The notes under the pieces are model-generated. The model did not search any database, was not told the DNA's origin, and saw only the letters and a program-made list of their open reading frames with translations. A stretch of 64,000 nt of DNA from contig JADLAC010000043.1 of NCBI GenBank assembly GCA_020848435.1, positions 670-64,669 of the forward strand, in the 5' to 3' direction. The DNA is from Burkholderiales bacterium. GTDB lineage: Bacteria > Pseudomonadota > Gammaproteobacteria > Burkholderiales > WYBJ01. This document shows, piece by piece, positions 18,728-27,889 of this stretch. The translations under genes and the position numbers were made by a program. Position 1 is the stretch's first letter. Each line of letters starts with the position of its first letter.

Positions 18728-18856
18728 GCCACCAAGCATGGCATAACAATGGTATGCGAGCAATACCTCGTCTTCATCCATATGCCGGCGGATCTGCGGT
18801 CGATGAAGCGGGATGTACCGGATAAGCCCGGTCGGTTCGAGTGCGCTCCTTCGCAT

Positions 18857-19113
18857 GCCTCCAGCCTTCTTGACCCGGAGCCGCACCAACATGCCAGCGC
18901 GTGCGGCAACGAGTACGTGTGCATCGAGGCCAAGCGGATCGATCCGGCCGTTGAGCAGCAAGTTAAACCGTGGCTGTGTGAGTCCGAGGCGCTTCGCCGC
19001 TTCGGTCCGAGTCGGCCCGCTCTTGCGGTGGAAGTCCCGATGCGCACTATGAGCTCGGCCCGCAGCTGCAGGTTTTCCGCTCCCCCCCGCGCAGTGCCAA
19101 GGCCCTTGAACAC
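18857..19113 (-). pseudogene. Frameshifted paralog of the XRE antitoxin at 10182..10502
   Basis: The N-terminal half is in one frame (tracked ORF 18640..19113: FKGLGTARGGAENLQLRAELIVRI). The HTH half is in another (tracked ORF 18482..19126: KSGPTRTEAAKRLGLTQPRFNLLLNGRIDPLGLDAHVLVAARAGMLVRLRV). A 1-nt shift near 19020 joins them. The native stop is also lost. Confidence 0.55.
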
Positions 19114-19196
19114 GTTGCCGCCTCATCGAGTGCGCCTCGGTTCCGCGCTCATCTTCCGCGTGTCCTCTAGCGCATCAGCGCTCTGAACCCAGGACC

Positions 19197-20165
19197 TCAC
19201 TGCTGCTCCACCTTCGCCATCTTGACGATCCGGCCCCAGATCTCGAAGTTCCTGCGCATCAATGCGCCCAGCTCCTCGGCGGAGGTCGGCGTCACGTCGT
19301 AGCCCTGCTTGTTCAGCGCGGCCGCGGTCTCCTTGTCGGCCAGGGCCGCATGGAGCGTTCGATTGAGCTTCGCGATCACCGCCGCGGGCGTATTGAGCGG
19401 CGCGAGCACCGCGTGGTAGATCCCGGGCAGGTCGAAGCCTTTCATCCCCGCCTCTTCCATGGTAGGCACCTCGGGCAGGTAGTGATGACGCGCGGTGTCG
19501 GCCACGCCGATGATGCGCAGCTTGCCCGCGCGCGCGTGCGGCAACACGTGTCCCATGCCCGCGAACATGAAGCCGATGCGCCCGCCGAGAAGGTCCGTCA
19601 ACGCCGGACCGCTGCCCTTGTACGGCACATGGATCAGGCGCACCCCGGAGACATGCTGGAGCAGCTCTCCCGCCAGGTGATTGGAAATCCCGACACCGGC
19701 CGAGCCGTAGCTCGCCTTGGTCGGATCGGCGTTGGCCAACGCGAGCAGCTCGGACACCGACTTCACCGGCAGGCCGGCGCTGACCACGAGCACGTTGACG
19801 GTGCTTACGGTCTTGGCGATCGGGGCATACCCCAGTGGATCGTACGACAGCGACTTGTAGATGTGCGGGTTGAGCGCATGGGTGGAGTCCGTGGTCCAGA
19901 ACAGCGTGTAGCCGTCGGGCGCCGCCTTCTGCACGTACTGCGCGCCGATGCCGCTGCCGGCGCCGGGCTTGTTGTCGATGATGACCTGTTGGCTGAGCAA
20001 CGCCGCCAGCTTGTGCGCGACGGTGCGCGCGGCGGTATCGGTCGCGCCGGCGGGATAGGCGACGACGATGCGGATCAGCTTGGCCGGATACTCCTGCGCG
20101 CGGGCGTGCGGCGCGGCCAGCAGCGCCGACAGCACCAAGCCCATTACCCATGTCCTAGCTTGCAT
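19197..20165 (-). CDS. Bug/TctC-family substrate-binding protein (322 aa)
   Basis: The ATG at 20165 follows AAGGAG. MQARTWVMGLVLSALLAAPHARAQEYPAKLIRIVVAYPAGATD... Confidence 0.9.
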   Translation of the reverse strand: MQARTWVMGLVLSALLAAPHARAQEYPAKLIRIVVAYPAGATDTAARTVAHKLAALLSQQVIIDNKPGAGSGIGAQYVQKAAPDGYTLFWTTDSTHALNPHIYKSLSYDPLGYAPIAKTVSTVNVLVVSAGLPVKSVSELLALANADPTKASYGSAGVGISNHLAGELLQHVSGVRLIHVPYKGSGPALTDLLGGRIGFMFAGMGHVLPHARAGKLRIIGVADTARHHYLPEVPTMEEAGMKGFDLPGIYHAVLAPLNTPAAVIAKLNRTLHAALADKETAAALNKQGYDVTPTSAEELGALMRRNFEIWGRIVKMAKVEQQ

Positions 20166-20283
20166 TCCCAGCTCCTTCACGAGATCGATTCGTTTCCAAG
20201 CCCAAGTTGAGATCACTGCGTTTGCGCACGCAGCTTCGGGGGACCACCTCGGCGCCACGCGCAACCGATGCTCAACGCGAGCT

Positions 20284-22827
20284 CTATGCCGGCCCCGCCT
20301 GGGGCGCCTTGCCGCGAGGCAATGGCGGCAACGCCCGCGTCCCGATGACGCCGCGCGCGGCGAGAGCTTCGAGCTCCGAGGCGGACAACCCGAGCAGGCG
20401 CCCCAGCACCTCGGTGTTGTGCTCGCCCAGCGTGGGGGCGGGGCTGCGTACGGCAAAGGGCACGCCCTGCTCGCGAAACGGCGCCGAAGCCTGCGGCTGC
20501 TCGCCTACGTGCTCGCGGCGCACGCTCTGCCAGAAGCCGCGCACGGCGAGATGCGCATCGGAGAGCAGTTCCCCCGGCGACAGCACCGCGCCGGCGGCGA
20601 CCCCGGCGCGCTGCAGCTCGAGCATCGCGTCGGCCTTGGTGCGTCGGCTCGTCCAAGCTTCCACGCGCGCATCGATCTCGTCGTGCCGGGCGCGCCGCCC
20701 ATCGGCATGGGCAAGCTCCGGGTCGCGCGCGAACGCATCGAGGCGCATCACCGCGCACAGTGCGCGCCACATCGCATCATCGGTAACCGCCACCAGCACC
20801 CACTCGTCGGCGCCCTCGCAGCGATAGATGCCCTGCGGCGCGTGCATCGGGTGGCGATTGCCCGCGCGCGGCCCGATGCCGCCGTTGGCCGACTGCTCGA
20901 TCACCCAGGGTGCGGCGAGCGAGAGCATGCACTCGACCTGGGACAGATCGATGAACTGGCCGGCGCCGGTGCGTTTGCGATGCAGGAGCGCGGTCAACAG
21001 GGCCGCGCACGCATTGAGGCCGCTGACGGCATCGCCGTAGGCGACATGGTTCTGCACCGGCGGGTCCTGCGCCCGCCCCGACACGCTCGGCAGCCCCGAG
21101 CCATGCTCGAGCGTCGAACCGTAGGCGCGCAAATCGCTCCAGGCGTTGTTCGCGCCGAAGGCGTTCATCGACACCATCACCAGCGAAGGATTCACCGCGA
21201 CCAGCCGCGCATAGTCGAGGCCGAGCTTCGGCAGCACGCCCGCCGAGTTGTTCTCGATCATCCCATCGGCGAGCGCGACCAGCCGCTTGAGCAGATCGAC
21301 GCCCTCGGGCGCGGTGAGATCGAGCGTGATGCCGCGCTTGTTGCGATTGAGCAGGTTGAAGCGCGAGCTCTTCTCGTAGAGCATCTGTTCATACACCGCC
21401 GCGTGGCGCTCCTGCCCGCGCCACCAGTCGGGGTAGCGCACCGCTTCCACCTTGATGATGTCGGCGCCGAGGTCCCCCAGCATGCGGGTCGCGATGGGTC
21501 CCGCCCAGCCCATCGACAGGTCGATGATGCGCGTACCGGCGAGCGGCAGCGCCGGCGGCGCCACGTCGATCCTGACCGGCGCGAACGGCGAGCGCTCGCG
21601 CGACGCGGCCGCCAGCGCATCGTGCTCAGCGGGCCGCGGCACCACCCCGCCCGCCGAGGGCGGTGTGCGCGTCAGGCGTAGCGGGCAACCCGGCGCGCGC
21701 ACCGTGCGGCTACCCGCGCGCAGCTCGACGAAGCTCCCGCGCTGTGCCCACACCGGCTGCGCCAACAGCTCCGCCATATCGGGGACGATCGCGATCGGCA
21801 GTTTCAATCGCAGCGCATCCTGCAGCCATTCGTGCGCGCTGCGCTGCTCGAAGCGCGCAGCGAGCAGCGACCCCAGCTCGGCCGCGCGCTTGGCCCGCGC
21901 GACCGCGTTGGCGTAATCGGGATGATCCCCGAGCTGCGGCATTTCCAGCAGGGCGCACAAGGCTCGCCACTGGGCGGGCGAATTGCAGGTGACACCGATC
22001 CGGCCTGCCTTGCAGGCAAAGATGCCGAGCGTGCCGCCCGAGGTGAAGAGATTGACCCCAGCGCGACGTTCCTCGTAGCCGGGCACCAGACGGGAGATAT
22101 CCAGCTCCGACAAGGCCGCCGCGGCCTCGTGCACGCTCACCTCGAAATAGCGGCCGCGAGCGCCGTCCACGCGCGCCATCAATGCGGCGACCAGCGCGAT
22201 GAAGGCCGACAAGCCGCCGATGATCCCCGCCTGGTAGTCGGGCAGGGTGAGCGGCGGCCCCTCGACCGGACCCACTAGCTTCACGAGCCCCGCGAGCGCG
22301 CGGCAGACCGCGTCCGTACCCCGGAAGTCCCGATACGGGCCGCTCGCGCCGAACCAGCTTACATCGGCGATCACCAGGTGCGGATGCGCGCGCGCCAGCT
22401 CGGCATGGTCGATCCCCGCCGCCGGCCGGGCGCTGCCGATCGTGCCGTCGACCAGCACGTCGGCGCCGGCCACCAACGCGGCGAGCCCATCCTCGGTCGC
22501 GGCGATGCTGCGCTTGTTGGCATTCAAGAAGGCGAAGAACGCGCTCTCGCGCCGGTCCGCGCCGATGTCGAAGACGGGGAGCGCGCGTCGCGCCGGGTCG
22601 CCTTGCGGGGCTTCCACCTTGATCACGTCCGCACCGAAATCGGCCAGCAGGCGGGCACAGTATGCCGCCGCGGGTAAGGTGCCGAGCTCGATCACCCGCA
22701 CGCCGGCGAACGGCGCCGGCTCACGGCCAGCGGTCGGCTTCGCCATGTCGCGTCGCCGCCCATGCTCGCGCCCTGCGCTGGAAGGCCTCGGCTCACGGCC
22801 AGCGGCCGGCTTCGCCGGCGAGTGCAT
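20284..22827 (-). CDS. Tandem-fused family III (CaiB/BaiF) CoA-transferase with two complete domains in one ~847-aa polypeptide
   Basis: Domain 1 is FAGVRVIELGTLPAAAYCARLLADFGADVIKVEAPQGDPAR. Domain 2 is LAGTRIIDLSMGWAGPIATRMLGDLGADIIKVEAVRYPDWWRG. I prefer the ATG at 22827, directly after GAGGAGAAGGGAG. Alternatives are 22746 and 22845. Confidence 0.85.
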   Translation of the reverse strand: MHSPAKPAAGREPRPSSAGREHGRRRDMAKPTAGREPAPFAGVRVIELGTLPAAAYCARLLADFGADVIKVEAPQGDPARRALPVFDIGADRRESAFFAFLNANKRSIAATEDGLAALVAGADVLVDGTIGSARPAAGIDHAELARAHPHLVIADVSWFGASGPYRDFRGTDAVCRALAGLVKLVGPVEGPPLTLPDYQAGIIGGLSAFIALVAALMARVDGARGRYFEVSVHEAAAALSELDISRLVPGYEERRAGVNLFTSGGTLGIFACKAGRIGVTCNSPAQWRALCALLEMPQLGDHPDYANAVARAKRAAELGSLLAARFEQRSAHEWLQDALRLKLPIAIVPDMAELLAQPVWAQRGSFVELRAGSRTVRAPGCPLRLTRTPPSAGGVVPRPAEHDALAAASRERSPFAPVRIDVAPPALPLAGTRIIDLSMGWAGPIATRMLGDLGADIIKVEAVRYPDWWRGQERHAAVYEQMLYEKSSRFNLLNRNKRGITLDLTAPEGVDLLKRLVALADGMIENNSAGVLPKLGLDYARLVAVNPSLVMVSMNAFGANNAWSDLRAYGSTLEHGSGLPSVSGRAQDPPVQNHVAYGDAVSGLNACAALLTALLHRKRTGAGQFIDLSQVECMLSLAAPWVIEQSANGGIGPRAGNRHPMHAPQGIYRCEGADEWVLVAVTDDAMWRALCAVMRLDAFARDPELAHADGRRARHDEIDARVEAWTSRRTKADAMLELQRAGVAAGAVLSPGELLSDAHLAVRGFWQSVRREHVGEQPQASAPFREQGVPFAVRSPAPTLGEHNTEVLGRLLGLSASELEALAARGVIGTRALPPLPRGKAPQAGPA
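22717..22816. repeat. 28-nt direct repeat (27/28 identical) spaced exactly 72 bp (24 codons) apart in the 5' end of the CoA-transferase gene
   Basis: 22717-22744 is cggctcacggccagcggTcggcttcgcc and 22789-22816 is cggctcacggccagcggCcggcttcgcc. They encode the duplicated peptide AKP(A/T)AGREP. Confidence 0.85.
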
Positions 22828-23042
22828 CTCCCTTCTCCTCGACACGCGCAGCCTGCGACCACATGGTGGCGCTTGCGCCGCTCGCGCTCTACTCCCGGCG
22901 CGCTCGACGCAATCTCATCCTTCAGCGAAACGACGCCATGGCGGTCGCACGCCGTGACCACAATGCGAAATCGCGATCGCGCTTCGCCTGTGAATACTGG
23001 ACGATGTGCGGGGATTGTGCAACCATCGCCGCTGAGGGAGCC

Positions 23043-26000
23043 ATGAAGAAGACAGGCACGCAAGCAATCGTCGCCGCCGTGCCGAACTGTTCACGCATAC
23101 TGATCGCCAATCGCGGCGAGATCGCGATCCGCATTGAGCGCGCCGCCGCCGACCTCGGGCTCGCTGCGGTCGCCGTGTACGCGAGCGACGACGCCGCCTC
23201 GCTGCACGCGCTGCGTGCGCGCGAATCGGTCGCGCTACAAGGCAGCGGCGCGCGCGCCTATCTCGACATCGACGCGATCATCGCCGCGGCGCGGGCGAGC
23301 GGCTGCGATGCCGTCCACCCCGGCTACGGCTTCCTGTCGGAGAACGCCGCCTTCGCGCAGGCCTGCCAGGCGGCCGGGCTCACCTTCATCGGCCCGCCGC
23401 CGCAGGTGCTCGACGTCTTCGGCGACAAGAGCCGCGCGCGCGATCTTGCGCTCAGCCAAAGCGTGGCGGTGTTGCCCGGGACCCACGGCCCCGCGAGCCT
23501 AGGTACCATCCAGCGCTTCTTCGCCGAGCTGCCGGCGGACTGCGGCATGGTGATCAAGGCGCTGGGCGGTGGCGGCGGGCGCGGCCTGCGCGTCGTTCGT
23601 GCCGCGCACGAGATCGAGCCCGCCTTCGCTGCCTGCACGCGCGAAGCCCTGGCGGCCTTCGGCGACGGCGGCGTCTATGCCGAGCGCCTGATCGCCAATG
23701 CGCGTCATGTCGAAGTCCAGATCGCGGGCGACGGTACGCGCGTCATCGCACTGGGCGATCGCGATTGCAGCTTGCAGCGGCGGCATCAGAAGATCGTCGA
23801 GATCGCGCCGGCGCCTGAGCTGCCGGCAGCGCTGCGCGAAGCGCTGCATGCCGCGGCGGTAAGGCTCGCCGCGGCGGTGAGCTACCGCAGCCTCGGCACC
23901 ATGGAGTTCCTGGTCGACGCGAGCCGCGGTGAATACGCCTTCATCGAGTGCAACGCCCGCCTGCAAGTGGAGCACACGGTCACCGAGGAGGTCACCGACA
24001 TCGACCTCGTGCAGCTTCAGATCGCGCTCGCCCAGGGCCGCACGCTCGCTTCGCTCGGGCTCGATGCGACGCCGCCTTGCCGCGGTTACGCGGTGCAGGC
24101 CCGCGTCAATCTGGAAACGCTGGCCGCGGACGGCACGGTGCGCTCCGAATGCGGGCGCCTGAGCGTCTACGAGCCGCCGAGCGGGCGCGGCGTGCGCGTC
24201 GACGGCTACGGCTATGCGGGCTACGACACCAGTCCCAACTACGACTCGCTGCTCGCCAAGGTGATCGCGCGCGGTGCGAGCTTCGCCGAAGCGGCGGCGC
24301 GCTGCGAGCGGGCGCTGGCCGACTTCCGCATCGACGGCGTGCCAACCAGCATCGCCCTACTGCGTGCGCTGCTCGCCGATCCGGCGGTGCTCGCCGCTCG
24401 CGCCAGCACGCGTTACATCGAAGAGCACGGCGCGGCGCTCATCGATGCAGCATCCAAGCTTGCGCCGCCTCGGCTCGCGGCCGGTGCCGCCCCCGCCGCG
24501 CAGCCGTCGTTCGAGACGCTGGCCGGGGCCACGGCCGTGATCGCGCCACTGCAGGCGACGCTGATCGCGCTGGAAGCCGCCGAGGGCGACCTGGTGAGCG
24601 CGGGCCAGACCGTCGCGGTGCTGGAAGCAATGAAGATGGAGCACGTGATCGGCGCGCCGGTGAGCGGGCGCATCGCGCGCATGGCCGCGGCCGTCGGCGC
24701 GATCGTGCGACGCGACCAGCCGATCGCCTTCATCCTGCCCGCTGAGGTCGAGATTGCCGACTCGGACGAAGAACGCGAGATCGATCTCGACCACATCCGC
24801 CCGGACTTGGCCGAAGTGCTGGAGCGCTGGCGCATGACCCGCGACGAGGCCCGCCCGCAGGCGGTTGCCAAGCGCCGCGCGCGCAACCAGCGCACCGCCC
24901 GCGAGAATATCGACGACCTGCTCGATCCCGGCAGCTTCATCGAATACGGCGCGTTCGCCATCGCCAGCCAGCGCAGCCGCCATTCCGTGGAGCACCTGCT
25001 CAAGATGAGCCCGGCCGATGGGCTCATCACCGGCGTGGGCACGGTCAACGCGGCGCTGTTCGGCGCCGCGCAGGCGCGCATCGCCGCGCTCGCCTACGAC
25101 TACACCGTGCTCGCGGGTACCCAGGGCGGTATCAACCACTACAAGACCGATCGCATTCTCGGCATCGCGCTGGAGCACAAGCTGCCCATCGTCTGGTATA
25201 CCGAGGGCGGCGGCGGCCGCCCGGGCGACGATCGCAGCGGTCCGGGTCACCGCACCTTCGGCGCGATCGGCGAAGTCTCGGGCGAGGTGCCGATGATCGC
25301 GATCGCCTCGGGCTATTGCTTCGCCGGCAATGCCTCGGTCGCCGGCATGTCCGACATCCTGATCGCCACCAAGGGAAGCAATCTCGGCATGGCGGGCCCG
25401 GCTATGATCGAGGGCGGCGGCATGGGCATCGTCAAGGCCGCCGACATCGGCCCGCTGCACGAGCAAGTGGCCAACGGCGTGGTGGACATCGTGGCCAACG
25501 ACGAGGCCGACGCCACACGGCTCGCGAAAGAAGCACTGTCCTATTTCCAGGGTCGCACCACCGGTTGGGCGTGCGCCGACCAGCGCCTGCTGCGCAACGC
25601 GATTCCCGAGAACCGGCTGCGCGCCTTCGACGTGCGCGCGCTGATCCGCACGCTGGCCGATACCGGCTCGATGCTGGAGCTGCGCCCCGAGTTCGGCCGC
25701 CCCATAATCACCGCCTTAATCCGCATCGAGGGCCGCCCCGTCGGTCTGATCGCGAACGACAACCACCACTTGGGCGGCGCCATCGACTGCGATGGCGCCG
25801 ACAAGGGCACGCGCTTCATGCTCCTGTGCGACAACTACGGCATCCCGGTGTTGAGCCTGGTCGACACCCCGGGGTTCATGGTCGGGTTGGAGAGCGAGCG
25901 CAAGGCGGCGGTGCGCAAGACCTCGCGCATGTTCCTCGCCGGCGCCAAGCTCGGCGTGCCCTTCCTCGCCGTGGTGCTGCGCAAGTGCTACGGCCTGGGC

Positions 26001-26327
26001 GCGAGCGGCATGACCGGCGGCTCGCGCATGGACCCGATGTTCTCGGTCTCCTGGCCCACCGGCGAGTTCGGCCCGATGAACCTCGAAGGCGCGGTGCAGC
26101 TCGCCTATCGCAAGGAGCTCGCGGCGCAACCCGACGACACCGCCAGGAAGGCGCTGTACGACAAGTTGCTCGGCAACCTGTACGCGCTGGGCAAGGCGAC
26201 CGAGCACGCCACGCACCTGCGCATCGATGCGGTCATCGACCCGGCCGACACCCGCCGCTGGATCATCGCCGGCCTGGACGCCGCCAAGCGCAAGCACCCC
26301 AGCCGCCGCTGGGTGGACGCATGGTAG
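23043..26327 (+). CDS. Single-chain biotin-dependent acyl-CoA carboxylase: biotin carboxylase, BCCP and carboxyltransferase fused (1094 aa)
   Basis: The ATG at 23043 follows GAGGGAG. The BC domain is ILIANRGEIAIRIERAA...MVIKALGGGGGRGLRVV. The BCCP carries the biotinylation motif VLEAMKMEH. The C-terminal ~520 aa are a PccB/AccD-like carboxyltransferase. The tracked ORF starts 127 codons early. Confidence 0.9.
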   Translation: MKKTGTQAIVAAVPNCSRILIANRGEIAIRIERAAADLGLAAVAVYASDDAASLHALRARESVALQGSGARAYLDIDAIIAAARASGCDAVHPGYGFLSENAAFAQACQAAGLTFIGPPPQVLDVFGDKSRARDLALSQSVAVLPGTHGPASLGTIQRFFAELPADCGMVIKALGGGGGRGLRVVRAAHEIEPAFAACTREALAAFGDGGVYAERLIANARHVEVQIAGDGTRVIALGDRDCSLQRRHQKIVEIAPAPELPAALREALHAAAVRLAAAVSYRSLGTMEFLVDASRGEYAFIECNARLQVEHTVTEEVTDIDLVQLQIALAQGRTLASLGLDATPPCRGYAVQARVNLETLAADGTVRSECGRLSVYEPPSGRGVRVDGYGYAGYDTSPNYDSLLAKVIARGASFAEAAARCERALADFRIDGVPTSIALLRALLADPAVLAARASTRYIEEHGAALIDAASKLAPPRLAAGAAPAAQPSFETLAGATAVIAPLQATLIALEAAEGDLVSAGQTVAVLEAMKMEHVIGAPVSGRIARMAAAVGAIVRRDQPIAFILPAEVEIADSDEEREIDLDHIRPDLAEVLERWRMTRDEARPQAVAKRRARNQRTARENIDDLLDPGSFIEYGAFAIASQRSRHSVEHLLKMSPADGLITGVGTVNAALFGAAQARIAALAYDYTVLAGTQGGINHYKTDRILGIALEHKLPIVWYTEGGGGRPGDDRSGPGHRTFGAIGEVSGEVPMIAIASGYCFAGNASVAGMSDILIATKGSNLGMAGPAMIEGGGMGIVKAADIGPLHEQVANGVVDIVANDEADATRLAKEALSYFQGRTTGWACADQRLLRNAIPENRLRAFDVRALIRTLADTGSMLELRPEFGRPIITALIRIEGRPVGLIANDNHHLGGAIDCDGADKGTRFMLLCDNYGIPVLSLVDTPGFMVGLESERKAAVRKTSRMFLAGAKLGVPFLAVVLRKCYGLGASGMTGGSRMDPMFSVSWPTGEFGPMNLEGAVQLAYRKELAAQPDDTARKALYDKLLGNLYALGKATEHATHLRIDAVIDPADTRRWIIAGLDAAKRKHPSRRWVDAW

Positions 26328-26381
26328 GCGTGCAACGAAACAGCCCCACGAAAGGATGATCTCGAATTGGATGCGGATCGC

Positions 26382-27872
26382 ATGCAGGCAGACGTGGTCG
26401 TGGTGGGCGGGGGCGGCGCCGGGCTGGCCGCGGCCATCGGTGCGCGCCAGGCCGGCGCCGATGTCGTCTTGTTGGAGAAGAACCCGATCCTCGGCGGCAC
26501 CACGGCCCGATCCGTGGGATCGATCAGCGCCACCGGCACGGCGCACCAGCGCCGGCACGGAATCGCCGACACGCCCGAGGAGCACTACCGCGACATGCCG
26601 CTGTTCGCCGACGGCAAGCATCCGGACAACGACGAGCTGCGCCGCGTGCTCACCGACAACGTGCCGGAGACGTTCCGTTGGCTCGGCGCCGCAGGGGTGG
26701 AGTTCTTCGGGCCGTCGGAGGAGCCGCCGCACACCAAGCCGCGCATGCACAACGTGCTGCCGAATTCGCGCGCGTACATCTTCCATCTCGAGAACACGGC
26801 GCGGCGGCTGGGCGTTCGCATCCTGACGCAAGCGCGCGCGCGCCGACTGGTCACCTCCGGCGGCAGAGTGAGCGGGGTAGAGCTCGATCGCGGCGCGGCC
26901 GCGGGCGCCGTCGTCGAGGCCGGGCGCGGCGTGATCCTGGCTGCCGGCGACTACGCCGCCAACGTGGAGATGAAGCGCGCTCTGATCGGCGAAGCGGTCG
27001 CCATCACCGAGCCGACCAATCCGACCAGCACCGGCGACGGCATCCGCATGGGACTCGAGCTGGGCGGCAGCATCATCAACGGCGAGCGCTATTCCGGCGG
27101 CATTCGATTCGTGGCACCCACGAAACCGTCCTGGCTCACCGGGCTGCCGCCGTCGCGCTGGCTCATGCGCCCTGCCGGCCTCGCTTTGCGCCGCGCCCCG
27201 TCGGCGCTGGTGCGCAAGTTCCTGATGGGCTTTCTCACGACCGTGCTGGTGCCCTCGGCGCGGCTGTTTTCCGACGGCGCGATCCTCGTCAACGCCAATG
27301 GCGAGCGCTTCGCCGAAGAACGCCAGAAGATGGTCGCGGAGCTCGCGTACCAGCCCAGCGGGGTCGCGTACATCGTATTCGACGGCGCTCTGGGCGAGCG
27401 CTTCATGCGCTGGCCGAACTTCATATCGACCGCGCCCGGAATTGCGTACGCCTACCTCGACGACTACGAACGAAACCGTCCGGATCTCTTTCACAGAGCC
27501 CGCAGCGTCGAGGCCCTCGCGCGCGATCTGGGCATGGACCCGTCGCATCTGAGCGCGACGCTTTCGGCGTACAACGAGACCGCCGGGACGCTCGCAGGGG
27601 CATCGCCGCGCGGCGATCGACCGGCGCTCGCGGCGCCACCGTACTATGCGCTCGGGCCGGTCAAGAACTTCATCAACTTCACCGACGGCGGCCTGGCGGT
27701 GAATACGCGGCTGCAAGTGCTCGACCAAGCCGGCGCGCCCATCGCGGGGCTTTATGCCGCCGGATCGAACGGCCAGGGCGGCTTATTGCTCGACGGCCAC
27801 GGCCATCACCTGGGCTGGGCCTTCACGTCGGGACGCCTCGCCGGCGCCTACGCCGCCGCGAACGGCGCGTAG
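26382..27872 (+). CDS. FAD-dependent oxidoreductase (fumarate reductase / KstD / TcuA-like flavoprotein fold)
   Basis: MQADVVVVGGGGAGLAAAIGARQAGADVVLLEKNPILGGTTARS is a dinucleotide-binding motif, with ...GLYAAGSNGQGG near the C-terminus. The start is either ATG 26382 or TTG 26367. Confidence 0.8.
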   Translation: MQADVVVVGGGGAGLAAAIGARQAGADVVLLEKNPILGGTTARSVGSISATGTAHQRRHGIADTPEEHYRDMPLFADGKHPDNDELRRVLTDNVPETFRWLGAAGVEFFGPSEEPPHTKPRMHNVLPNSRAYIFHLENTARRLGVRILTQARARRLVTSGGRVSGVELDRGAAAGAVVEAGRGVILAAGDYAANVEMKRALIGEAVAITEPTNPTSTGDGIRMGLELGGSIINGERYSGGIRFVAPTKPSWLTGLPPSRWLMRPAGLALRRAPSALVRKFLMGFLTTVLVPSARLFSDGAILVNANGERFAEERQKMVAELAYQPSGVAYIVFDGALGERFMRWPNFISTAPGIAYAYLDDYERNRPDLFHRARSVEALARDLGMDPSHLSATLSAYNETAGTLAGASPRGDRPALAAPPYYALGPVKNFINFTDGGLAVNTRLQVLDQAGAPIAGLYAAGSNGQGGLLLDGHGHHLGWAFTSGRLAGAYAAANGA

Positions 27873-27889
27873 TCGGCTCGATCGGCGTC

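Noticed and set aside
8477-19196. Search for an integrase, transposase or IS element that would define the accessory region as a mobile element
   Set aside because: No frame in this interval gave integrase (R..H..R..Y) or DDE-transposase-like translations, and I saw no terminal inverted repeats. I therefore report the region only as an eroded islet, not as a mobile_element feature.
13081-22816. Possibility that the short direct repeats (13081/13153, 16740, 22717/22789) are CRISPR arrays
   Set aside because: Each has only two copies. The spacers are partly homologous (tandem duplications) or coding. No cas genes are present, and the repeat lengths and spacings are inconsistent with a CRISPR array.
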